NCBI GenBank assembly: GCA_023134715.1 | Contig: JAGLUP010000004.1 | Location: 1,301 to 65,300, forward strand | Origin: Candidatus Parcubacteria bacterium | GTDB lineage: Bacteria > Patescibacteriota > Minisyncoccia > Minisyncoccales > JAGLUP01 | DNA length: 64,000 nucleotides | Direction: 5' to 3' | Shown here: in pieces, positions 44,319-54,116 of the stretch | Numbering within the stretch: the first letter of the stretch is position 1 | Layout of the letters: every line of letters starts with the position of its first letter | Made by a program: the position numbers and the translations under genes | The notes under the pieces: generated by a model | What the model was told of the DNA's origin: nothing | Database searches by the model: none | What the model saw: only the letters and a program-made list of their open reading frames with translations

Positions 44319-45398
44319 CTATTCAATAAATTCTTCCACGATTTGTTTTGCCTCGCTGTCTGTTTTCTGAACTAAAGGGTGCTTCATAAAATAAGAACTT
44401 ACATCAAGATAACCGCCAATTCCTCTGTCCAGAGCCAACTTAGCGCAACGGATAGCGTCAACCACTATTCCCCCGCTGTTTGCCTTGTCGTCTACGTCCA
44501 AACGCAATTCCATAGAATAAGGAATATCAGCAAACATTTTCCCCTCTATTCGAATAAATGCTAATTTGGTGTTTCCTAAAAAAGGAATAAAATCACTGGG
44601 CCCGATATAAACATTTTCTGCTGAAATTTCTTTTTCCACCTGACTGGTCACGGACTCTGTCTTGCTGATTTTTTTACTTTTTAATCGTTCCTGCTCTTTC
44701 ATATTTAAAAAATCCGTATTTCCGCCGACATTTAATTGATATGTCTTATCAATAGTCGCTCCCCTGTCATTGCAAAGCCGAGCTAAAACCCGATGAACAA
44801 TTGTCGCGCCAACCTGGCCTTTAATGTCATCGCCGATGATTGGAACGCCCTGCTTTTTAAAAAGCTCTGCTAATTTTTCCTCAGAAGCGATAAATTCAGG
44901 AATGCAGTTTATAAAAGCGCATTTTGTTTTCAGCGCCATTGCAGCCCAAAACAGAGTCGCTTTCTGGCTTCCCACTGGCAAATAATTAACTAAAATTTCT
45001 GTTCCAGTGCTTTTAATCTCTTCTTCAATCTGATTTTTTAATATATCTGAATTAGTGGGATTTGGCAAGGGTTTTATTTTATTTTCCACATAAATACCGA
45101 TTCCATCTAAAACAGGCGCCTCTTTCACCATAACTTCGCTTTTTGGCAAATCTACCCATTTTACTAAATTAGGAGTAGAGCAAACTGCTTGGTCTAAAGA
45201 TTTTCCAATTTTATTTTCCCCTACATCAAAAGCAGATGTAAATTCAATATCATCAAACTTATAAGAGCCAACGGTCTTATGCATTAAACCTATTGGCTCT
45301 TTGTCCCTGTTCTGCTTATAATATTCTATCCCCTGAATTAAACCGGCAAAGCAATTACCGACCCCGATTATTCCTACTTTTATTTTATTTTCATCCAT
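44319..45398 (-). CDS. myo-Inositol-1-phosphate synthase (short prokaryotic/archaeal type)
   Basis: KVGIIGVGNCFAGLIQGIEYYK, followed by a conserved NAD-binding and catalytic core layout. Confidence 0.8.
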   Translation of the reverse strand: MDENKIKVGIIGVGNCFAGLIQGIEYYKQNRDKEPIGLMHKTVGSYKFDDIEFTSAFDVGENKIGKSLDQAVCSTPNLVKWVDLPKSEVMVKEAPVLDGIGIYVENKIKPLPNPTNSDILKNQIEEEIKSTGTEILVNYLPVGSQKATLFWAAMALKTKCAFINCIPEFIASEEKLAELFKKQGVPIIGDDIKGQVGATIVHRVLARLCNDRGATIDKTYQLNVGGNTDFLNMKEQERLKSKKISKTESVTSQVEKEISAENVYIGPSDFIPFLGNTKLAFIRIEGKMFADIPYSMELRLDVDDKANSGGIVVDAIRCAKLALDRGIGGYLDVSSYFMKHPLVQKTDSEAKQIVEEFIE

Positions 45399-45402
45399 AA
45401 TT

Positions 45403-46299
45403 TTATACCTTTATTCCGCGGAGAGCTTTTGTTCTCTCCTCTACTGGCGGATGGGTCTGAAAAAGTTTAGTAAACCAACTTTTAGATTGATCGCCTCTAA
45501 AAGGCGAAGAAATATAAAGATGCGCCGTTGAATTATTAGCTCTTTTTAAAGGAGCTGAATCAGCTGAAATTTTTTCTAAAGCACGAGCTAATCCTTCTGG
45601 ATATCTTGTAAGCAAAGCGCCTGTGGCGTCAGCTAAAAATTCTCTTTTTCTGGAAACAGCAAGCTTAATCGTTGTTGCCGCCAAAGGAGCTAAAATTGCG
45701 GCTAAAATTCCCAAAATAATCAAAAGTGTCCCTCCTGATTCTCTGCGCCGCCTCCCCCCGCCCCAAAAAGTCATTCTTAAAAACATATCTGAAAGTATTG
45801 CCACAGTCCCGACTAAAACCACGACAACTGTTCCTAAAAGCATATCTTTATTCTTAATATGAGCAAGTTCGTGAGCAATCACGCCTTCTAATTCTGCTCT
45901 GTCTAATTTTTCCAATAATCCCTTAGTTACCGCTATTACCGCATGCTTTTCATCTCTACCAGTGGCAAAAGCGTTTGGCTGAAGTTCGTTTAAAATATAA
46001 ATTCTTGGCAAGGGCAAACCAGCGGTAATGCAAAGATTTTCAACCAAGCGATAAAGCTCTGGATTATCTCTTTTTTCAATTAATTTAGCATGAACCATTG
46101 CCAGCACAATTTTGTCTGAATACCAATAACTGGTAAAACTCATTAAAACGCTAAAAACCACTGCTATTATCAAAATAATCTGATTATCAAGCGTATAGCT
46201 GAAAAACCAGCCAAGAGCAATGACAAAAATAAGAAAACCTGTTATCAATAACCAAGTTTTCCGAGTATTTGATTCGGCGTGACTATATAATGTAGACAT
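45403..46299 (-). CDS. htpX: Zinc metalloprotease HtpX (M48)
   Basis: HELAHIKNKD and TM helices. The start is set at MSTLYSH because the upstream 10 codons belong to a repeat element. Confidence 0.9.
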   Translation of the reverse strand: MSTLYSHAESNTRKTWLLITGFLIFVIALGWFFSYTLDNQIILIIAVVFSVLMSFTSYWYSDKIVLAMVHAKLIEKRDNPELYRLVENLCITAGLPLPRIYILNELQPNAFATGRDEKHAVIAVTKGLLEKLDRAELEGVIAHELAHIKNKDMLLGTVVVVLVGTVAILSDMFLRMTFWGGGRRRRESGGTLLIILGILAAILAPLAATTIKLAVSRKREFLADATGALLTRYPEGLARALEKISADSAPLKRANNSTAHLYISSPFRGDQSKSWFTKLFQTHPPVEERTKALRGIKV

Positions 46300-46303
46300 A
46301 AAA

Positions 46304-46440
46304 GAAAACGCAGAAAACAAATTTTTCAAGGCGAAAATTCTGTATTTTCTGAGACGCGTAGGGCTCCCTCCCGATAGGTGGAAGCTATCGGGATGGGATA
46401 AAGCGCGAAGAAAAGACAGAATTTGAGCAAGAAAAATTTT
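46304..46440. repeat. Structured intergenic repeat, family B copy 1 (preceded by a family-A-like arm)
   Basis: GAAAACGCAGAAAACAAATTTTT (the family A arm), then GCGAAAATTCTGTATTTTCTGAGACGCG-TAGGGCTCCCT-[CCCGATAGGTGGAAGCTATCGGG]-ATGGGATAAA-GCGCGAAGAAAAGACAGAATTTGAGC. Confidence 0.85.
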
Positions 46441-46993
46441 AAAACTGAACTTTTGGTGTTTCTCGCTCTTCTGCTTCTGTTAGTTCAAATAATTCCATCT
46501 TTTTAAAACCAAACATATTGGCAATAATACTTGATGGAAAACTCTCAACCTTAATGCTTAAATCCCGAACATTAGTGTTGTAAAATCTTCTTGCCGCTTG
46601 AATTTTATCTTCAGTATCCCGCAATTCTCTCTGAAGCTCTAAAAAATTCTGAGACGCTTTTAAGTCAGGATAACTTTCAGATACGGCAAAAAGAGATTTC
46701 AAAGCGCCGGTAAGCATATTTTCCGCTTGTCCATGCTCTTGAACTGATTGCGCTCCCATTGCTTTAGTCCTGGCTTCGGTCACTTTTTGAAAAACTTCTT
46801 TTTCATGACCAGCATATCCTTTCACTGTTTCCATCAAATTGGGAATTAAATTATATCTTCTCTTTAGCTGGACATCAATATCAGCCCATGCCTCTTGCGC
46901 CCGATTGCGAAGTTTTACCAAGCTGTTATAAACAGCAATTATTCCTAAAGCCAAAACCGCAACCACGATTAAACCTAAATATAATGAATCCAT
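46439..46993 (-). CDS. lemA: LemA family protein
   Basis: An N-terminal TM helix and the motifs RYNLIPNLMETVKGYAGHEKE...RRFYN. Confidence 0.85.
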   Translation of the reverse strand: MDSLYLGLIVVAVLALGIIAVYNSLVKLRNRAQEAWADIDVQLKRRYNLIPNLMETVKGYAGHEKEVFQKVTEARTKAMGAQSVQEHGQAENMLTGALKSLFAVSESYPDLKASQNFLELQRELRDTEDKIQAARRFYNTNVRDLSIKVESFPSSIIANMFGFKKMELFELTEAEERETPKVQF

Positions 46994-47017
46994 AATATTT
47001 TTTTAAAAATTAAAAAA

Positions 47018-47395
47018 TTAAACCTTCGACCTTTTTTCTCTTTTTTCCAATTTTTTGATTTCCTGCTTCAGCTCTATCATTTTTAATTCTCTGCCTATTG
47101 TTAAACGATGAAATTTTTCTAACTCATCTAATCGCTCCCGCAGTTCTTTTGTTCTTTCTCCAACTCTTTGCTCTAATGTTTTATTTAATTCTTCTAATTC
47201 TTTTGTTCTGGCTTTTACTTTTATTTCTAAAACATTTCTTGCTTCTTCTGTTTCTCTAAGAGATTTTTCTAATCTCCTCCTGGTTTCTACTGTTTCTTTG
47301 GTTTTCTTAATTATAAATCGGGATAAACGAAAAACCTCTTGTTTTTCTAATTTAAGCTCATTTTTTAAATCTTTTGTTGTTTTTTTCTTTGCCAT
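47018..47395 (-). CDS. Charged coiled-coil protein
   Basis: This 125-aa protein has K/E/R heptad-like repeats and lies directly downstream of the FIST gene. Confidence 0.5.
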   Translation of the reverse strand: MAKKKTTKDLKNELKLEKQEVFRLSRFIIKKTKETVETRRRLEKSLRETEEARNVLEIKVKARTKELEELNKTLEQRVGERTKELRERLDELEKFHRLTIGRELKMIELKQEIKKLEKREKRSKV

Positions 47396-47403
47396 TTTTA
47401 AAT

Positions 47404-48612
47404 TTATTCACTCATCAGGCCTACTACTATTGTTTCGTTATGCAGCATCCACTCTTCTTCTTCTTTTCTTGAGCATATTTCTCCGGCATTCCAAGAGCCG
47501 AATAAAGGAATATCTTTCCCAATCTTTTCTATCACTGCCTTGCTCTCTCTTCCCTGGTCTGGCATTAAAAGGCCCTTTCTAATAGTACAGCTAAATAAAA
47601 ATGCTAATTCTGGAGATTTTCCATCTAACTGAGTCATAGCATCTTCGGTCACTTCTTTTGCTGTTTCAACCATCTTGTCTGTCTGAACTTGAAGTATTCT
47701 AATTGTGGCGCCTTCTGAAATAGGGGTAAAAAGAATTAATTCTCCTGCTGGAGTAGCTCCGACAATAGCTTTAACTATAACTTTTTGTGAATTTTCTGAA
47801 ACAATTCCGAAAGGATAAAAAGTCCCCTCCTTTGTAAAAAATTCTGGATTTAATATCTCTTCTTTAGTTTTCTCTAAATATTTTTCAAAAACCTCAATTG
47901 CCGGTTTTCCATCTATCTCCTGAATAAGTCCTGGTTTTGTTTTTGTGACTTTCATTTCTAATCCAATCGGTTCCCAGCCATGCCCGCTTACCGCGCTAAA
48001 CGAAAAATCTCCCCAAAAGCCTACGGCCACAATACTATGTTGTTTAACTTCTTTATTGTAAAATTCAAAACCAGGTAAAACTTTTCCTGATTTAAAAAAT
48101 TCTTCACTTATACCGCCTCCTCCTATTATTGAACTGTTCTTTAGTTTCTTTTTTAGTCCTTCCAAAAACATATTTATATCAAACATTTGATTCTCTTTTT
48201 CTGCTGGAGACAAGAATAACATTACTAATTTCGGCTCTTCTTCGCATTTTTCTAATAATTCTTCTCCTAATTTAATTCCTTTTTCAACTAAATTTTCATT
48301 AGAAAGGCCTTCAACGCAAGCTGTGGCAAACTTTGCCTTCTCAAACTTTAAAGCCATTATGGCAACTCCTTGGTCTTCCAACCCCTTTTCAGTAATAACT
48401 CCTCCCAAGGGAGATCCTCCAGCTAATGGAACATCAGGAAAAACAGAATCTATGCCAGCCAATATCTTTGGTTGCTCATAACTTGAAGAAGCCCTAACTA
48501 AAATCAATTGGGGCTCTACGCCAGCCATTTCTTCTTTGGCTTGTTGAGCGGCATCTTTGCCTGCTTCAAAAGCGTCTTGATTATTGCTTATGCCTGTTTT
48601 TGCTGTAATCAT
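47404..48612 (-). CDS. FIST (N+C) sensor-domain protein without output domain
   Basis: The length and N-terminus (GISNNQDAFEAGKDAAQQA..., later GGVITEKG, SFSAVSGHGWEPIG) fit the FIST_N/FIST_C layout as I recall it. Confidence 0.65.
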   Translation of the reverse strand: MITAKTGISNNQDAFEAGKDAAQQAKEEMAGVEPQLILVRASSSYEQPKILAGIDSVFPDVPLAGGSPLGGVITEKGLEDQGVAIMALKFEKAKFATACVEGLSNENLVEKGIKLGEELLEKCEEEPKLVMLFLSPAEKENQMFDINMFLEGLKKKLKNSSIIGGGGISEEFFKSGKVLPGFEFYNKEVKQHSIVAVGFWGDFSFSAVSGHGWEPIGLEMKVTKTKPGLIQEIDGKPAIEVFEKYLEKTKEEILNPEFFTKEGTFYPFGIVSENSQKVIVKAIVGATPAGELILFTPISEGATIRILQVQTDKMVETAKEVTEDAMTQLDGKSPELAFLFSCTIRKGLLMPDQGRESKAVIEKIGKDIPLFGSWNAGEICSRKEEEEWMLHNETIVVGLMSE

Positions 48613-48817
48613 AAACCTTAAATAACCATAACTATGACCATAACCATGACATTATTATATCGTCATCGTCATCGTCATCGTCGTTGTTATTATTTTATTA
48701 TAATTAAAAATTTTCTTAAAAACAATGATGTTGACAAAAATCAAAAAATTTGCCATATTAAACTTAAAGCATTGTTTTTTTAACAAATCAAAATAATGAG
48801 ATAATGAGGTGATATAA

Positions 48818-49090
48818 ATGAACTTACTTATATTTAAACAGGAAGGCATGAAAGATGTTGAAAGCGTGAAAATAACCGGAGATAGGTTTAGGAAAACAGC
48901 CATAATTACGCTAAAAGATGGCAACATAATGAAATTTGAAACATCAGAAAAAATAATATTAAAAGATAAAGAGGGTAATTATGTGGCAGAAATAAACAAA
49001 GGAGATTTTAGCTTCATAAATATTAAGATGGTATCTGTGACAATATATTCAAAGGATGATAGGACAGAAATGAGCATTTTTTCAAGCTAA
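48818..49090 (+). CDS. Hypothetical protein (90 aa)
   Basis: It is one of the few genes here with a clear SD (GAGGTGA, 6 nt before the ATG). It also has a TTGACA-17-CATATT promoter. Confidence 0.5.
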   Translation: MNLLIFKQEGMKDVESVKITGDRFRKTAIITLKDGNIMKFETSEKIILKDKEGNYVAEINKGDFSFINIKMVSVTIYSKDDRTEMSIFSS

Positions 49091-49149
49091 TACTAATTAT
49101 GCCAAGATATTTTTTCTTGGCGTATTTTTTTTACTAAAAAAACAAAAAT

Positions 49150-49659
49150 TTATAATCCTTGTTTAGTGCCTTTGATTTTTTTGATAAGTTCTTCGCGCAA
49201 CTCTTCGGCTCTCTTCATCTCAATGCCAGGCAAATTTCCTTCTGCTGAACTGCCCCATTTTCCCTGCATTCCGCCAAAGCCCGCTGTCTGAATTCTAAGA
49301 TCGCTTAATCCTAAAAGCCGAGCCATTATTCCTCTATGAATATCAATATTTTGAATTCTTTCATAAGGAATAGAAACATATCTCTTATAAATTACGCCAT
49401 GTTCCATTTTAAATGTGTCTTCTGTCGCTTCATACTTCCAAAAATTATAAGTCCATTTAGCCCAAATATAACATAAGGCAAAATATACGGCTAAAAAAAG
49501 CAAAGGGACCAAAGATATCAAAAAAATACTGTCTCCGGCAATCAACGGTAAAATAATTAAAGGAACCAAATAAATGCCAAAGAAAAATAATAAAAATAAT
49601 CCCACGAAAATAAACTTAAAAAAGAATAACCAAATTGCTTTAGGATGTAATTTCTCCAT
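49150..49659 (-). CDS. Membrane protein with bacterial PH domain (bPH_2, YdbS/YdbT-like)
   Basis: Two N-terminal TM helices, then YERIQNIDIHRGIMARLLGLSDLRIQTAG. Confidence 0.75.
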   Translation of the reverse strand: MEKLHPKAIWLFFFKFIFVGLFLLFFFGIYLVPLIILPLIAGDSIFLISLVPLLFLAVYFALCYIWAKWTYNFWKYEATEDTFKMEHGVIYKRYVSIPYERIQNIDIHRGIMARLLGLSDLRIQTAGFGGMQGKWGSSAEGNLPGIEMKRAEELREELIKKIKGTKQGL

Positions 49660-49841
49660 ATAATGCGATATTAATATACAAATTCATCCGAATCATACGA
49701 ACAAATTTTATTCGTAAATTTGAATATATTCATAAATTAATATCATTTAATCTATTTTTTGTTCCATGTTCTATGTTTTATGTTCTATGACTTTATTATA
49801 ACCAAAAACCCCTTAAAAAGCAAAGAGATTTTGGGAAATTT

Positions 49842-50366
49842 TCATAATACTTTTGATAAAGTCGTGTCTAAATTTGGCGCAACATTGTATTCATTAAGCT
49901 GTTCGGGCCTAATCCATTTGTATTCTGTATGTTCCCAATCTAATTTTATAGTAGGTTTATTTTTTAATTCAACTAATGCAGGAAAAATTATCCAGGTTTT
50001 CTGAATATCTTTATCGTAAAACTCATAAGGACTGCCTAATTTTGTTTTTAGAATATTATCAGCGCTAATACCAAGTTCCTCATTTAATTCTTCATACGCT
50101 TTTACATCAATTGGTTTTACTTCATCTAAATATCCAGCGACCGCATTCCATAGCCCCTGATAAGCGCGGACTTTATCGCTTCGCTTTAAAATCAATATTT
50201 TTTCTTGATATTTTACAAAACAAGTTAAGACCGGAGCTTTATCAGAATTAGAATAATCAATCCTGCCGTCAGAAAATTTGGGTAATTTCTCAGAAAATTC
50301 TTGTATCACATTTTCAAATTTGATATTATCTTCAGTCATAAAAATTATAAATTTATTTGAATTCAT
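49842..50366 (-). CDS. NUDIX-family hydrolase (degenerate box)
   Basis: WNAVAGYLDE...AYEELNEELGI. Confidence 0.6.
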   Translation of the reverse strand: MNSNKFIIFMTEDNIKFENVIQEFSEKLPKFSDGRIDYSNSDKAPVLTCFVKYQEKILILKRSDKVRAYQGLWNAVAGYLDEVKPIDVKAYEELNEELGISADNILKTKLGSPYEFYDKDIQKTWIIFPALVELKNKPTIKLDWEHTEYKWIRPEQLNEYNVAPNLDTTLSKVL

Positions 50367-50398
50367 ATAGCTTAGGATACAAGGACTACTCGGAATTA

Positions 50399-50920
50399 CT
50401 AAGAAATATACCTAAAAATATCACTCAATTTTTTAATAGTTCTCTTTGCCTGTGTCTTCATCGGCTCATATTCTGATTCAAGTAGTAAGGCATCAATACC
50501 CATTTCTTTTGATGGCTTGTAATCCCACTTATAGCTGTCGCCCACTATCAACGCTTTTGACTTTGGTATTTTTCTTTCCTTTAAAATTCTTAACATAAAT
50601 TCTCCTTTCGACTCATGATACTCTCTTGTTGCATGTACTTCATCAAATAATTCTGCTAATTTAAAATGTTTTATCTTCTCTTTGAGAAGAACATCTGCTT
50701 CTTTTGGTGGATGAGGATGCGTAGAAAGAACAACTGTAATTATCCCTTCTCTTTTTAATCTCTTTATTGTTGAGAGCGCTGACGGAGTCATGACAAGATG
50801 ATTCGCATGATTTTTAAACCTTTTATCTCTGTAAAGCCAAACAGGATGTTTTGCATGCTTTGTTTTCTTGGGATGCCAAAGAGTTCCATCACCATCAAAA
50901 AATATTATCTTCTTTTTCAT
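50399..50920 (-). CDS. HAD-superfamily hydrolase
   Basis: IIFFDGDGTLW (DxDxT) and a C-terminal GDSYKWD. Confidence 0.75.
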   Translation of the reverse strand: MKKKIIFFDGDGTLWHPKKTKHAKHPVWLYRDKRFKNHANHLVMTPSALSTIKRLKREGIITVVLSTHPHPPKEADVLLKEKIKHFKLAELFDEVHATREYHESKGEFMLRILKERKIPKSKALIVGDSYKWDYKPSKEMGIDALLLESEYEPMKTQAKRTIKKLSDIFRYIS

Positions 50921-51039
50921 CGTCTGTTTATAAAAATAAAATTTATTCTAAATAACTAATTATTATACAATCTTTTTACTCTATCATAACCAAAAACCCT
51001 CTCTAAAACAAGAGAGGGTTTTTACGAAAATTGGTTTTG

Positions 51040-51657
51040 CTAATTAAATTTTTGTTTTATTGTTTCCTGAAAATATTTTTTAACTTCTTGCCAGTCAATT
51101 TCTTGAAGCATTATCGGCATTGGCTCGCTATCTGCTTCAACAAAATAAACCAAGCTTTTCAAAATATGAAGTTGATTATATTCTATCTTCTGATATTTTT
51201 TATTAAAAAATCGCATTAATTCAACCAAAGAACAATCTTTTAAAATAAAATATAAATCAATAAAATCCTTTTTAGCGCCTCTTGATGAAACTGCGTCTAA
51301 TTTCATACAAGCGATATCTCGCGGGTCAGCCAATTTAATCCCGCGCCATTTTACAAAAGGAAAAAGCAATTTATATGGATAACCCAAAAAACTTAACTTA
51401 ACATTATTTATTGTTAAATTAAGAGTGTTTTTTTCTTCGGAATCAATAATAATTTTGCCTAATTGCGCAAGGTCTTTTTTTAGTTTAGCTGTATCAAAAT
51501 CTTTTTGATTAAACCAATCCAAATCAATTGATTTTCTGTGCCCGTATTGAAGAGCTAAAGCCGTGCCGCCAGCTAAATAAAAATCTTTAATAATCTTGCT
51601 TTCAGTTAGTTTTGATAAAAGATTTTCAGTTTTTTGATTTATGACTTTTTTATGCAT
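51040..51657 (-). CDS. Nucleotidyltransferase AbiEii/AbiGii-family toxin (DUF1814-like)
   Basis: FYLAGGTALALQYGHRKSIDLDWF...DIACMKLDAVSSRGAKKDFIDLYFI. Confidence 0.75.
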   Translation of the reverse strand: MHKKVINQKTENLLSKLTESKIIKDFYLAGGTALALQYGHRKSIDLDWFNQKDFDTAKLKKDLAQLGKIIIDSEEKNTLNLTINNVKLSFLGYPYKLLFPFVKWRGIKLADPRDIACMKLDAVSSRGAKKDFIDLYFILKDCSLVELMRFFNKKYQKIEYNQLHILKSLVYFVEADSEPMPIMLQEIDWQEVKKYFQETIKQKFN

Positions 51658-51889
51658 GAACTGGCAGGTTAAAAATAATGCTCCAAAAGTTTAAACTTTT
51701 TTTATTAGGATAACTAATTTTTTTAGCTACGCTTTTTAGTTTTTTAATTCCGTACTTCTTTTTAATAATTTGATAATCTTTTATATCCCCAAAAGAAAGA
51801 ACCCGTCCAATAATAAAACGACTATGCTTTTCATAATTAAGCTTTTTAAATTCTACATCCCAAAATAACTTTTTACTCACCTGAATCAT
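51650..51889 (-). CDS. Small partner protein of the AbiEii-like toxin (putative antitoxin)
   Basis: This 79-aa protein overlaps the toxin gene by 8 nt and begins FWDVEFKKLNYEKHSRFIIGRVLSFGD. Confidence 0.5.
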   Translation of the reverse strand: MIQVSKKLFWDVEFKKLNYEKHSRFIIGRVLSFGDIKDYQIIKKKYGIKKLKSVAKKISYPNKKSLNFWSIIFNLPVHA

Positions 51890-52037
51890 ATATTATACGG
51901 TCTTATTATCTTTATTTATTGTCTTTATTATAACCAAAAACCCTCTCTGAAACAAGAGAGGGTTTTGGAAAATTTCATAACTGTATTTTGAGATTCTTCG
52001 CCTGCTGGCTCAGAATGACAAATGGGGAGGAACTAAG

Positions 52038-53994
<1,957 letters not shown>

Positions 53995-54080
53995 AAAACA
54001 TTGAACATAAAACATAGAACATAAAACATAAATTTGTTATGTGTTATGTATTATGTGTTATGTGATTAATATATACTCTA

Positions 54081-54108
54081 TTCTAACCATTAAAAAAAAT
54101 TTGTCAAA
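54081..54108 (-). promoter_or_regulatory. Sigma-70-like promoter of groES-groEL
   Basis: Minus strand: TTGACA, a 16-nt spacer, then TAGAAT (with an upstream TGG). Confidence 0.5.
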
Positions 54109-54116
54109 TTTTTAAC

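Noticed and set aside
48659-48686. A (CGTCAT)n microsatellite in the divergent FIST/hypothetical intergenic region, considered as a phase-variation tract.
   Set aside because: There are only about 4 units, it lies outside any promoter spacer I can define, and the overlapping 90-aa minus ORF (…TTMTMTMTI) is implausible. I cannot assess length variation from one sequence.
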